Assembly: GCF_006345805.1 (NCBI RefSeq)
Contig: NC_043000.1
Coordinates: 36,146,001-36,210,000, forward strand
DNA: 64,000 bases
Direction: 5' to 3'
Source: Octopus sinensis
Taxonomy: Eukaryota
Both the position numbers and the translations under genes were made by a program. The notes below the pieces were generated by a model that saw only the letters and a program-made list of their open reading frames with translations, had not been told where the DNA came from and did not search any database. Shown here in pieces: positions 40,066-54,326 of the stretch (the first letter of the stretch is position 1; each line of letters opens with the position of its first letter).

Positions 40066-40382
40066 CGAAGCAGAGGCCGGAAGTTTCGAAGCAGATCTCC
40101 ACAGTTATTCCCTTTCTCTTTGAGTTTCAAAGAGATGTTCACACCAGCTTACCTCTATTTCAGTACATAATTTCCTTGTCTGTCCCAAATTAATCTATCT
40201 CGCTTGTTATGTTTACATTTCACAGATGTTCTAATGGAAATGTTCCATCAGTATTCCTTAGGCTGATGTTTGTGCATGTACTCAATAACACAGAAATTCT
40301 GTGTATCTATTCCAGGACAATCTTTTCTCCGAATGGCGTTGCATATTTCTGCGACATCGTGTCGCATTCAGAGGTAGTAACT
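39921..40382 (-). pseudogene. R4/Dong-like RLE endonuclease domain fragment
   Basis: YYL*MRHDVA...WNISIRTSVKCKHNKRDRLIWD...IEVS...NISLKLKEK...LLRN, matching the RHD...PD...E...K restriction-like endonuclease signature. Confidence 0.8.
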
Positions 40383-40481
40383 ATGTATGTATGTATGTAT
40401 GTATGTATGTATGTATGTATGTATGTATGTATGTATGTATGTATGTACATATGTATATATGTACATATGTATATATGTACG

Positions 40482-40513
<32 letters not shown>

Positions 40514-40837
40514 TGTATGTATGTACGTATGTACATATGTATATATGTACGTACGTATGTATGTATGTATGTATGTATGTATGTATGTATGTACGTATGT
40601 ACATATGTACGTACGTATGTATGTATGTACGTATGTATATATGTACGTACGTATGTATGTATGTATGTATGTATGTATGTATGTATGTATGTATGTATGT
40701 ATGTATGTACGTACGTACGTACGTATGTATGTATGTATGTATGTATGTATGTATGTATGTATGTATGTATGTATGTACGTACGTACGTACGTATGTATGT
40801 ATGTATGTATGTATGTATGTATGTGCGTATGTATATA
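40382..40837. repeat. (TATG)n/(TACG)n microsatellite
   Basis: Direct reading. Confidence 0.97.
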
Positions 40838-40918
40838 GGTTTTTCTCTTTTTAATTCGAATTAAATTTTCACCGGCCACCAACTTGGTAGGTCTTGCAGA
40901 TTTTTCCAGTCCCAGATG

Positions 40919-40975
<57 letters not shown>

Positions 40976-41253
40976 AGGTTGTCATTTAAATTCGTTTTTC
41001 TTTTCTGTTTCAGTTATCTTAATAATTTTTCAGTGTTATTTGATTTAGCACGTCATTTATTTTGATCGCAATGTTTTATGATTTTTACTTTTGTAGCGCT
41101 ACACTTTCTCTCTGTTCGTTTATCGTTGAAATATGAATAAATTTCACCTCTTTTCAGACACATGACCATGCAGTGCCAAGAAGAAATAAGCGAACGAATT
41201 TATCTGATAAACCATTATATTTGTATTCTCTATGTGTATGGGTGTTTGTGCAT

Positions 41254-41299
<46 letters not shown>

Positions 41300-41357
41300 T
41301 ATATATATATCTATATATATATATATACACGTATATATATATATATATATATATACG

Positions 41358-41389
<32 letters not shown>

Positions 41390-41487
41390 CATACTATGCA
41401 TATATGTGTACACACACAGATAAGTATGCATGTATGTAGGTATGTGTATAAAGACACATACAGGTATTTATGTATATATATACATAC

Positions 41488-41541
<54 letters not shown>

Positions 41542-42189
41542 GTACATGTACATTTATACATATTTATATATATGTATATGTGTGTATATATATATATATA
41601 CATATATGTACAAATATATATATTGTGTTATTAGATTATGGAATTTTTATGTTTTGCATTATGGTGGGAAAGCATATTTTCCCCGCGATAATACAAAAGA
41701 CATCAGCAGTGAAAAGCATGATTAGAATTATCAAATGAATTGTAAAGTAGTTTATTATTTCTCTTTAAGTTCATCATAAATTTCAAATTATCTGATTGTC
41801 ATAAACCACTTAGTTAGCAAAAGATTACTACAGAGAGATATAAATAATGTTTTATTCTTAGTGTGCTTTTACTCTAAGCCTTTGGGAAAGAATATGGAAT
41901 ATAATCAACGTCTTTTATTTAATTTTTAATGTATTTATTTAATTATTTTTTGTTTTAGTAGGAGGAATTGATGAGGAAAATACTCTGCTGCTCACATGTC
42001 TTCGGTTTCTCCAATATTTAATTTTGTTTTTCACTTCTAAATTCTAATTTTGTCAAACTACAAGGCAGAGTTAGAATAATTCTTGCAGGAAAAGTTTTGA
42101 ATATTATATTTCCTCACAAAAGCTCTCCAAAAGTTGCCAACGCAACTCCCCAGTCGGGCTCGTACACACAATTACCTCCACTGTCTACG

Positions 42190-42725
42190 AGTTTCAAATT
42201 TTGGCAGAAGGCCAGCAATTTTGGAGGAAGGTCTAAGTCGATTACATCAATGCCCTTTCCCCCACCCCGCCTGTTATCAACTGGTACTAATGTCATTGAC
42301 CCCGAAAGAATGAAACGCAAAGTCAGCTTCAGCGGCATTTGAACTCAGAACGTAAAGACGGATGAAATGCTGCTAAGCAATTTTTCCGGCGTCCTACCGA
42401 TTCTGCCAGCTAGCTGCCTTCCTTCCAGCCCCTGCATATTAAAACAACTTCGATCACTCTATCACACACGTGCACACACAGACACACGGACGCCCCCCCC
42501 CCTCTTTTCACACACACAGGCATACACAAATAGAGAAAGTTAGCATCTATTCCATCTTTGGCAACAGTTTACAATAATTCCTGTCCCCGAAAAGACCAGA
42601 GGGGACAAACAAGGACAGACAAACGGATTAAGTCGATTACATCGACTCCAGTGCGTAACTGGTACTTAATTTATCGACCCCGAAAGGATGAAAGGCAAAG
42701 TCAACCTCGGCGGAATTTGAACTCA
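42190..42725 (-). mobile_element. Two Meta-like SINE copies (about 42190-42420 and 42600-42725)
   Basis: ctggtacttaatttatcgaccccgaaaggatgaaaggcaaagtcaacctcggcggaatttgaactcag. Confidence 0.85.
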
Positions 42726-43953
42726 GTAGAGTGGCCACATAAAGGTTCCCTTGTCGGCTCAAGGCAATGAAAGAACTTTCCATTAGGGAAGCGAATATTT
42801 TTCAAGTTGCCACCTAAATATTTGTGGTGTGTAGTGTAGACTAACATCCCCAATATGGTTCTCCACAAGAAACACACCTTCCTTTCCTGGAATGATTAAA
42901 TTCCAGACCACAAGAATTATATTAAATTTTGGAACGCAGTTCGGCGCTCCTTTAAGTCTATAATTTTAATTTTTTTATCTGATATCGGACTGATTTCCAA
43001 TGGCGTCGATTGCTTAACTGAACCTAATTGGTTTCTATCTGAAACTGAAATAGGATCACACATTTCATTCTTCGAGAGTGCATAAATCTTGTTTAAAGGA
43101 ACTTTAGATCCTGGTTTTTGTCAGAGGAAGAAAGGTTGTGATCCTTGTCATTTCCAAGTCTCCAAGACTAGTGGGGTGGTTCGTGGTGGAAGGGAGGAAA
43201 TAAACTATGATGAATGAACTATTTCAGAGCAGAACGAAACATGTTTCAAATGTCTCAAACAAAACCGATTCCACTAAAGTCTCCTAAATGTCCAGCTGAT
43301 CTGTAAACCATGCTGGGCAAAGTGACAGAATCGGTTGAGCATCGGATAGAAGATATTAGTGTTCGGTTCTCTGCGTCCAATATACCTTTCATTCATTCCT
43401 TCTCGATTATTCTTTGTCTCGAACTGCCACACGAGGATTGTAGTCGTTCTTCGTGCTCTCCTTTATTTTCTCCATTGTACTCTGCATTAAAGTACCAACC
43501 GAGTACAGCAGTCGAGGGCCAAAACTGCTGCTGCCACCACCACCACCGCTACAGAAACTACAAACACTACCACCATATCCATCGCCACCTCCACAACAAC
43601 CACCACTACCACCGTCATACCATCAGTATCACCACCTTACAACCACCACACAAAAACATCTACCGATTCCAGAGCAACTACCGGATGCTTAATTTCTCAA
43701 ATGAGGTTTGAGTCGTCTCGAAACTACGGTTGAAACTACTTAACCGAATACTGCGCGATGGGAGCCAAACTGGAGTCACGTGGTTACGAAATGAAATTCT
43801 TAACCGTCGATTTGTTTATTTTGCTTGCATTCCGCATGCTAGGTTATATCATTGATGTTTTCTATTGACACAAAAGTGTGAAAGGTTCAGAGAATGCTCT
43901 TAGATATTGTTCGTAGTAATGTAGCTTACGTAATGATAGATAAATATGATAAC

Positions 43954-44180
43954 GGCGAGCTGCCAGAATCGTTAGCACGCTGGGCGAAATGCTTAGCAGT
44001 ATTTTGCCCGCCGTTACATTCTGAGTTCAAATTCCGCCGAGGTCGACTTTGCCTTTCATCCGTTCGGAGTCGATTAAATAAGTACCAGTTACGCAATGGA
44101 GCCGATTTAATCGACTTAAACCCTTTGTCTGTCGTTGTTTGTCCCCTCTATGTTTAGCCTTCTGCCGGAAACAAAGAAAT
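43954..44180 (+). mobile_element. Meta-like SINE
   Basis: ggcgagctgccagaatcgttagcacgc...gtcgactttgcctttcatcc...aaagaaat. Confidence 0.9.
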
Positions 44181-44909
44181 ATATATCATAACGGTAAAAT
44201 GGTTCATATGTTGAAGATGAAAAACTGTTTTATCTTTAATGGAATGGTAATGGTAGAATTCATATCTTTTCAAAGAAATTAATAGCAAAAGTTAACAAAA
44301 CCATCTCTAAAATAATGACTGGAAATCGAATGTTCAGTTTGAGTTCTTTCCGTACTTATCTTCTGCTTTTGGCGAAGGTCTTTTGCCAGTTTTAGTAACT
44401 TTACAAGAAATATCGTTTTGCTGGTAAGTTAATGAATTAGTATGGTCCTCCTGTTCAAAAAACATCAAGCAACCAGAATCTTCCAATTAACTCCCTCAAA
44501 GATTAGTCTCTAACCCCGATCCCATCTCATGCCATCCTTCATAAGATCTTCCTTCACTGCTGCTCGCCATTTCTTCTTCGGATGCCTTTTCTCATTTGGA
44601 CTTTGCGAGAACCACTGACGTCACTGGCTTGGAGGTCGAGAGAGATCCTTCACGGTCCATTTCACAATCCTAATGACCGCCAACTGACTTACTGTGCAAT
44701 TAGAGCCCTGATATTCTAAATACTTCCAAAGCCGACCAAAAGCCCATGTTGTAAAAGGAGAAGGCTTAGCGCAACCAAAGCTACCTGATTTAGAACAACT
44801 TTCTAGAAAAAAAAGAAAACAATTAGAAAACGAATAAAAAATAACACAAAGTCCTTTTTTTTAATACGAATTAATCCATGCATTCATCCATCCATGCGCT
44901 CATCCTTTA

Positions 44910-45092
44910 ATTTCTTTTTTCTCTTTCTTTCTCTTTCTCTCTCTTTCCTTCTCTTTCTCTCTCTCTCTTTCTTTCTCTCTTTCTTTCTCTTTCTCTTTCT
45001 TTCTTTCTTTCTTTCTTTCTTTCGTTCTCTCTTTCTCTCTCATCCTTTCTCTCTTTCTCTTTCTTTCTTTTTTCTTTCTTTCTTTCCTTCTT

Positions 45093-45127
<35 letters not shown>

Positions 45128-45537
45128 TTCTTTCTTTCGCTCTTTCTTTCTCTCTTTCTTTCTCTATCTATCCCCCTCTCTCTTTCTCTCTGTTTGTTGT
45201 TTCTTTTTTCTTCCTATCTTTCTGTCTCTTCATTCATTCTTTGTTGATTTTGTTTAACTTTTTTAAGGTGCTGTTTATTGTTTTTATTATTTTATTAGTA
45301 TTATGTTATGATTTATTATTATATTTAGATTATTATTATATTATTCATTATCATTATTATTCTGATTATATTATTATTATTATTATTATTATATTATTAT
45401 ATTATTATTATTATAGTTATTATTATTATATTATTATTATTATATTATTGTTATTATTATTATTATTGTTATTATTATATATGTTATTATTATTATTTTA
45501 TTATTATGTTATTATTATTATTATATTATTATTATTA

Positions 45538-45587
<50 letters not shown>

Positions 45588-45663
45588 GTTATTATTATTA
45601 TTATTATTATTATTATTGTTATTATTATTATTGTTATTATTATTATTATTGTTATTATTATTA

Positions 45664-45723
<60 letters not shown>

Positions 45724-45742
45724 CATTATTATTATTATTATT
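44910..45742. repeat. (CTTT/CT)n tract followed by a (TAT)n tract
   Basis: Direct reading. Confidence 0.95.
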
Positions 45743-47298
45743 TCCTTATTCCCCTTCTGCTCCTCCTCCTCCTCCTCCTATTTCCTTCTTTCCTTATTTA
45801 ACATTCTCTTCTCTGATTCTTGTTTTGCATCAATCAACTTAGTTTTCATTATTTTATTTCATCCATTTTCTTTAAAGAATCCACTTCTCTTTCCGCTCCC
45901 CTCTCTCTTTCTCCCTCACTCTGCCTGTCCCCCTCTCCCCCTCCGTCTCTTCCACTCACCTTACATACTGCCCCCTCTCTCTCTCTCTCTCTTTCATTCT
46001 TCACCAATTCTTATCAGGAAATCCATTCTATGGATACATCAAACTCACTCATTGTTATACATTTATCAATAGTCACTATTAGAACGCCATGTTCTCAAAC
46101 GGCCTACATACTCTACCCCCCACCACCGTCTCCTTCTCTATATATTTCACTATCTCTGACATTTTACCTCTCCCCCTCACTAATTATTCATGATTGTTTA
46201 TCTCTGCATGACTGCAATTGTAAGACGATCGATGGCCACGAACGCTTTTAGGCCAGTGGGCCAAATCGGGATGATATATTAACCCATAACCGCCCACTTG
46301 ATATCGGAATTGCGTGGCATTAATCTTACCAACTTTGAATCAGCGTTATATGACTTATCATTCATATTTATTGAATAGCAAGTCAATAGATATGTCTGCC
46401 GTTTATAAAATACACTTTACACATAAATACATACACACATACATACATACATACACACATACATACATACACACATACATACATACATACATACACACAT
46501 ACATACATACACACATACATACACACATACAAACATACATACCGCTCTTCGTTCTTTCGTTCTTCCTCTCTCACATTTTTACTTCACTGTATCCCTGTCC
46601 TTTTTTCGCGCCCCACCTTAATTCTTCTGTCCCTCTGCTACTATTTCACTCTCTTCTCTTCCAACGTGACGGCCGGTCAACCCAACCTGTTCTTTCTTTC
46701 TTGACCTGACCGCCGTCCGTACAACATCGATATTCTTCCCTGTGTTTGTGAAATTTTTGTATCTCTGCCGTAAGACTTCATTTCCACACGCGCTAGCTTA
46801 ATTCAATTCGTCCTTAGTCGAAAGACACATGTTGTTATGTCCTGTTATTATTGTTATTGTATTTTTTATTGTATTTATATTCGTGTAACTTTGTTCGTTT
46901 TTCCGTCTTTGTTTTCGTATACATTCGCTGCTTTCTTCCAAGGAATCTAATGCTCTTAGCTTAGTTTTTCCTTGGGGCTGGCCAGATTGGAGCAATCTTA
47001 AGAATAATCAGCCGAAAGTGCGAGGATAATCTGGTGCTTGATTGAGGATAGAGGGTTTCGAATGACGCGTCCTTATTTTTTGTATTGTCTATCTGGATGT
47101 TTTGTTGCCCCTTTTTGTATCACCTAATTGTCCGGATGTTTTGCATTATTGTCCCATTTTGTATTTTATATATACATACATACATACATACATACATACA
47201 TGCATACATACATATATATATATATATCGAGATGATCTAATACGCAGGTAGTGGTTCAGATAAACACAATTAAGCTTCACACACACACAACACACACA

Positions 47299-47332
<34 letters not shown>

Positions 47333-47704
47333 AGAATACGAAGAAGGGATAACCTAATTTCTTGACGCGAAAGCTTTTACAGGAAGCTCGGTGTGACTTG
47401 TATTGTTTATAGTATGTAGATAAATTATGCAAACGCTCTTGGGTATGCAACCAGTAGACAGGAACACGGGGCTATTCCATAAGCCCGGCTCCCTTCATCC
47501 AGAGAAGTTCGGTTCTCCACATAACGTAAAATTTGGTGGAGTTGTAGGACGGACAGTTCTGCTTCGTCAGATGTCTCCCCCTCCCAGCAACTGATGCGAC
47601 CTCTCCTACTCCTTCACGAAAGTCATGTGGAGCTCATTCAAACTTATTAAATAGATATTTAACTTTTGCTAAATGAGCCGAGTACCACTTTCTCTCCATT
47701 CACT

Positions 47705-47777
<73 letters not shown>

Positions 47778-47796
47778 CACACACACACATATATAT

Positions 47797-47975
47797 GATA
47801 GATCGCTATCCACTAAATATTTTTCTATTTTCTATTTTCTCTCCCTGTTTCTTTCTGTATTCCTTTCTGTCGAAGAGCGTAGGCTCGAAGCGCAAAAGAC
47901 TTTATCACTTCCCGTGCGTTAAACTAATACATCTGTTTTTTGTTTATACACCCTTCCTCGTCTTTGGCTTTTTGT
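47797..47975 (+). mobile_element. PLE-like non-coding cassette with a decayed variant hammerhead (47862-47899)
   Basis: ccttt CUGUCGA a gagc-guag-gcuc GAAG cgca aaaga; related to 58530-58750 and to the minus-strand fragment at 12877-12952. Confidence 0.6.
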
Positions 47976-48013
47976 GTATATATATATACGCGCGTTTGTG
48001 TGTACTTACGTAC

Positions 48014-48058
<45 letters not shown>

Positions 48059-48060
<2 letters not shown>

Positions 48061-48440
48061 TAAATTAGAGATAAAACCACTATTAGGCAAATCATACAAT
48101 GAAAAACTTAAGCCAATATATATATGAAGTCGACCAGGAGGTGCATTGAATTCTTCGGGAAAAACAGTTCTCTTCATTTCGCACTGCGATCACTTCGGCA
48201 TCTGACGTGTGGCAGACCTGTCCCTGCGTAGTGTATATTAATTATATTTTTTTAATAATTTTGTTATATATTTAAATAATATAAATTAAATAATCTTATG
48301 TATTGGCTTAAGTTTTTCATTGTATGATTTGCCTAATAGTGTTTTATCTCTAATTTAATATAACATAATATTTTAATATAAAATTGGATTCAATCCTAAA
48401 TCTGATTTTCCCTGTAAGTTGGATTTATTCCCTAATATTT
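48059..48440. mobile_element. TA-flanked cassette with ~60-bp inverted repeats
   Basis: 48059-48118 is inverted at 48301-48359. The inner 48126-48230 duplicates about 48583-48685. The tail aaattggattcaatcctaaatctg...ccctaatatt is shared with 59021-59081. Confidence 0.7.
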
Positions 48441-48447
48441 ATTATTA

Positions 48448-48521
<74 letters not shown>

Positions 48522-48787
48522 GTCGTGCGGCTTAGTAATTTCGGTGTTGCACTCACTACCGCAAGATGGTGATTTCGATTACCCGACCAGGAGGTGCATT
48601 GAATTCTTCGGAAAAAACAGTTCTCTTCATTTCGCACTGCGATCACTTCGGCATCTGACGTGTGGCATACCTTGTCCCTGCGTAGAGAAGGTCGATTTGT
48701 TGACGATAATGTGTTAATGTAAAGTACAAGCAGTTCGTCTGCGCAGGTTGCTCAGCAAGAGATTGCTGAACGCTCGCCTCTCGACTA

Positions 48788-49011
48788 CAGTAATCCCTCG
48801 CCATATTGCGATTCACCAATCGCGGTTTATTACTTAAGTTTACGTCGATTCCTCTGTGGTGTTTTTTGCATTTATAATGAAATAAATATATGCAAATTAT
48901 AAAAATAATGAAAAAAATATACAGTGCAGTATTGTTTCTGCTTCGCGGATTTTCACCTATGGCGGGGTCGGGGTTTGGAACGTAATACTCGCGAAAGTCG
49001 AGGGATTACGG
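48788..49011. mobile_element. Tigger/pogo-like MITE
   Basis: TA|cagtaatccctcg ... cgagggattacg terminal inverted repeats; internal cttcgcggattttcac. Confidence 0.65.
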
Positions 49012-49019
49012 GATATGTT

Positions 49020-49415
49020 CTTTTATTCTTTTACTGGTTTCAGTCATTTGACTGCGGCCATGCTGGAGCACTGCCTTTAGTCGAGCAAATGGACCCCAGG
49101 ACTTATTCTTTGTAAGCCTAGTACTTATTCTATCAGCGTCTTTTGCCGAACCGCTAAGTTACGGGGATGTAAATACACTAGCATTAGTTGTCAAGCGATG
49201 GTGGGTGGGAGGTCGAACACAGGCCCACAAGCATACACACACACATACACACACACACACACACAAATATATAATTATACGACGGGCTTCTTTCAGTTTC
49301 CGTCTACCAAATCCACTCCTAAGGCTTTGGTTGGCCCGAGGCTATATTAGAAGACACTTGTCCAAGGTGCCATGCAGTGGGACTGAACCCGGAACCATGT
49401 GGTTGGTAAGTAAGC
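49020..49415 (-). mobile_element. OK-like SINE
   Basis: Matches the reverse complement of 38151-38570. Confidence 0.9.
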
Positions 49416-51339
49416 TGTTGCACAGGAGCCGTTAGGTTTTAATTTTCATACAAAAATTTTCAGCCGTCACTGCATTCATGAATTAAACGTAAAATAGAAC
49501 TAAACGTCTACCGTATTTATACTACTTTAATGTAGACAGGGGTAAAAAAAAGGAACCAAATTTTCCCTTAGAATACTAGATACACTTATCCAATAATATT
49601 CCACGCCGACTTTTCTTAATATACTCTAGAATATTGTAGGTAGATCTGTTGTATTCTAGCTGGAATATTCTAGCTAGAATTCTCAGTATAAATAACCCCA
49701 TGAAATATTCAATCTCTCCTCTGCTGAATGCCACAGATATTATCGCCGTAGACTTATTAATCACTTCAGGGAAACTTTCAAATGAGCTTTCACTACTATT
49801 TCACTGCATTTTAATATGTGCTGACCACAGTAACCTGGAGTAAAGCTACTAGGAAACCGCGCTACGATCTGGTTTCCATTAACACTTTGACTTATTGAAC
49901 TTCAATTACGACGTTGACGTCGACGACAGTCAACAACTCGATTTCATTTCCCTTCATAAATATGCATGAAATCCTCGCACTTCATTTATCATTTATTTCT
50001 GTCTCAATAATGTTCCAGCGATAGGTTTCCAGAGGAAGTGAGACAGTGTAGTGTTCCATTGGACTGGACGAGGAATCCATCAACGTCGACAGATTGGGGT
50101 GAAACCACTTGCAGAGAATCAGTGTACCTGTGTGAATGTGTGTATGTATGTGTGTGTGTGTGCATGTCGTATGCGTGAAGACACGTGGTGTGGGGTGTTC
50201 GGTTCATGATACTTAGATCCTGAGCTCGATTCACGTAAGAGGTGGTACTTTGTTCATCAGGCGGATACTTTATTTTGCACTTGACCCTTCACGCCCCCCC
50301 CCCCCGAAAAAAAAACAATCACATCGACACCTGTGGTATGACCCTACAAGGTTGCCCCTTCAGGAAGGAATCTTATTATCTCAGTTGCTCCAATGTTATT
50401 CAATCTGGTTTCCTTCCTACAATAATCAGTCAGTTCCTTCGACAGAGAAATTATATAGGATTCTTTACTAATTTTTTTTTGTCTCAACGTAGCAGATTCT
50501 TAAATAGACAGCCTGATGAAGTCGAGGAAGCCGAAGCGTCGAAGTCACAATCAATGTTTTCTTTGTAAAAGTCTATGTGTATGTGTGTGTGCATATATGT
50601 GATAAAGGTGTTGTTTGGAAAGTTATTGATACAGATATATACAAATACATTTTTAAACAACGCCTTTCTCATACGATTTTAAATAGCATCTCTATCATTC
50701 GATTTACTACACTTCATCCTTTTCTCTGAAGAGTGGATATACTTCCTGAAAATGGTTATCAACTTTGGATTTCATTTCGAAAGGAAGTATATTCATGAAA
50801 CGATCGTAAGATCTCGCAAATCTTTTAAAATAATCATAGTTATAATGTATATATTTATTTATTAATACAATATTGTTTATATTATGGACGTATATCTACT
50901 GTGATATTTATAATATAGTTTTTCCTATTTTACGCTCTAATATATATACATACATACATACCCAGTTACGGAAAGGAGACAACTTTGAAAGAAAACCGGA
51001 GTAGAGCCCCATAGGCGGTTTAGTGTTCGACTCGACATTCTTCCGGCAGCTCCAGCAACCAAGATGGTGCCAAACGTAATGCTCTCTACTCCTTTGGACT
51101 ACGTCAGCAAAGTAGAGAGAGGAATCCTGACGATTTTCTTACATCTAGCCTAGGCCTGCGAAAAACCGGATAGGACAGGAAATGTAAAAACCAGACTGGA
51201 TTAGTTTATGGGCAACTCTATTGTCTTCCGAGACAAAAGGATGCCAATAACAACAATATATATATATGTATATATATATGTGTGTGTGTGTTTGTGTGTG
51301 TATATATATATATATATTATATATATATATATATATATT

Positions 51340-51735
51340 CTTTGATTCTTTTATTCTTTTACTTGTTTCAGATATTTGACTGCGAACATACAGCAGCATC
51401 AGCTTTAGTCGAACAAATGTAAGCCCAGTATTTATTCTGATGGGTCTTTTTGCCGAATCTCTAAGTGATGGGGACGTAAGCACACCAACATCGGTTGTCA
51501 AGTGATAGTATACGAACAAACAAAGACACAAATAACAAATACATACTTACATACATACATATATATAAACATAAATATACGACGGGCTTATTTCAGTTTC
51601 CGTCTACCAAATCCACTCACAAGGCTTTTGTCGGTCCGAGTCTATATTAGAAGACACTTGCCGAAGATGCCACGCAGTGGGATTGAACCCCAGAACCATG
51701 TGGTTGGCAAGCAAGCTTATTACCACACAGCCACA
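51340..51735 (-). mobile_element. OK-like SINE
   Basis: Tail ttttacttgtttcag, core gacgggcttatttcagtttccgtctaccaaatcc, head taccacacagccac. Confidence 0.85.
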
Positions 51736-52437
51736 ACAGAATATATATATATTACATCAGCCTGTACAATAAACACATCTGTCTATTTTTAGAAACTTTA
51801 CCATTATATCTTTTTATTCTTCCTTTCTTTTCGAGGTTTTCTATTCCCTATAGTAAACCCTATCCCCTATCCCCTTTTCTGTACCCATGCCTCCACCTTA
51901 GTGCCTTTCAAACATATCACCCAACGTATTCATTCCTTACATTCTTATCTCTTCCTATCACTCGCCTAGAACTCAGTCATCCCCTCATAATATTTTGACT
52001 ACCAACTAACACTCATCCTCTTTCTTTTTTCTTTCTTCTTTCTTCAACTATTCCTTTTGACTATTGTCCTCATTTTAACACACACATCTTTTCTCTCCTC
52101 TCTATTTATCTACTTAATACTACCACTACATTCTTAATGTTTCATTCATACCACAAGGCCCCTTTGAATGAACAGCACATGGAATCTACGTCCTCACACT
52201 TTCGATTTGTAATGACAACATATGAACTCCTATCAGAATTTATATACCATGCACAAGAAGCATTTCTGCTACTTCTTCATGCCACTTTCCTTGGATAATG
52301 GAACTGCAATTATAACATCCTACATTTATTTTTACTTTTATTCTCTCATTTCACGTTATACATCTTATTTCCATCCTTTTCCAAACAGCTCCATATATTG
52401 AACTCTACTATTTCTCTCTATGTGACCATCTCACGTC

Positions 52438-52485
52438 GTCTCTGATGAAGGGATAACCCTTAAATCCCAGAAACAGCTGTAAGAC
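52438..52485 (+). ncRNA. Minimal type I hammerhead ribozyme in a TA/CA-flanked PLE-like cassette (about 51740-52555)
   Basis: gucu CUGAUGA a gggau-aacccuuaa-auccc a GAAA cagcug UA| agac. Palindromic stem III (ACAGCUGU), GUA triplet. Confidence 0.8.
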
Positions 52486-53131
52486 TAACTTTCACTTTAT
52501 AAATGTCCTGAAAATTCCACACAGCCTTGGTTCTCTTGTCTCATTCTATTTAACTCACACACACACACACATATATTTATGGCAATGGAGTTTTCAGGAA
52601 GATGCTCAAAGCGTTTTCATTGCCCTCACAAAATTTTAGGGAATGCGCTTATACACCTACACGCCGTGAAATCCTTACTACCGAACATATGTTTATAGGT
52701 AGACAAACATTTCCACGATAAACGCACGCAACTTGTAAGCATGATGAAAACTGAAATGAAGCCTGATTTGATGCATGAAGCCACCATGGCCATCCGCTTC
52801 GCTACAATAGCGCTATACCAATTGCACTATGTAGTAGCAATTGGTAAACAAAAACTCCCTCTATGGGTGAGCCTTTACGGTAACACAATAGCCACTAATG
52901 GCAAGTTCAGTGAACATAGTAAAGCCGAAAAGTAAACAGACGTTTCGACAGTGATGGTGGAGAGACCTTTAAATGGCGGCTAACAATTTCATTATTGCTG
53001 AATCGCGTAATGAAGTCAGTGTTATTTTGGTTTTTACTTATAATTTTCTATTTTATGTACGCACACGCGCACACTCCCAGACACCCATTCACAGATACAC
53101 ATAAAAACACACATGTATACATGTATGTATG

Positions 53132-53162
<31 letters not shown>

Positions 53163-53397
53163 TAATATATGTCTGTATGTACACACACATATATTGAAAT
53201 TATCTGTATATAAACGACACAACAGTCCGAGCACAGTGTACACATACATGCATATGTGCCTTGCTACACACGTTTGTATATATGTATATATATATATATA
53301 TGTGTGTGAGTGTGTGTGTGTATGTATATATGTATATATATATATATACATATATATACGCATTCCCCTATATACATATATCTATCTATCTAATCTA

Positions 53398-53428
<31 letters not shown>

Positions 53429-53469
53429 ATATCTATAACTCACTCTCTCTCTCCCTCTCTCTCTCTCTA

Positions 53470-53500
<31 letters not shown>

Positions 53501-54277
53501 CCATACATACATATATACATACAGACATTTGTGAGTGTGTATCTCACTCTGTTGGTCTGTTGTTTAATGTGCGTATATATATAATATATAATATATATAT
53601 ATCTATATATATATCTATATAGAATATCTATATATATATATATATAAATGAATGGATGGATGGATGATTGTCAGGACGGATATGAAACGAACTGAATCCC
53701 ATTTCATTATCTACCGTGTAAATATTATCCGTTTAATTCTATTGAGAAGTATGAAAAAATATTAATCAACACATTGTCAGTTATTACATTATTGACGACG
53801 TATTGGATACAGCAGACAATTGGTTTCATTTGAGAGATTTGTAATTAACGATCTGTTCAGAGAAGTGTAAGAACAGCATTCTAAAGTGCTCCAGCTTCAT
53901 TTTGTTCCCAAATGAACTAATTTCATGTCTTTCCATTGTCCACATTGCTTTTTAACTCCCATCCCTGACTTCTGTCAATTATGTTTGGCTCAAGTATTGG
54001 AAATCGATTCCTTGGAAAGATCTGTTCCTTAAAACGTTACAAATTGGGAGAATTTTGCTTTGCTGTGGACACGGATAAAATATGTTGTGTTAACCCTAAG
54101 TTCGCTTAAGTTGGCGAACTTAAAAATGGTGCATTCTGTGGCTTCCCATGTCAGTCTGCTACGACTGTCTGTTACGACTCAAAGTACCACGGAAAGTTAA
54201 TAAAAGAAATAATCTGCATTATGGGGATATATGTATAAGCAAAGATTTCTTCTCTCAGTTCCTAAACCAGTATTTAC

Positions 54278-54323
<46 letters not shown>

Positions 54324-54326
54324 TAT

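Noticed and set aside
44520-44660. Minus-strand RHPKKKWRAAVKEDL, resembling a LINE C-terminus
   Set aside because: A single short motif; clade cannot be assigned.
47035-47075. ttgagga...gaatgacgcgtc with a palindromic segment
   Set aside because: Two core mismatches and no stem I.
50508-50546. CUGAUGA...GAAGCGUC hammerhead-like string
   Set aside because: Core is GAAG, and stems I and II do not pair convincingly.
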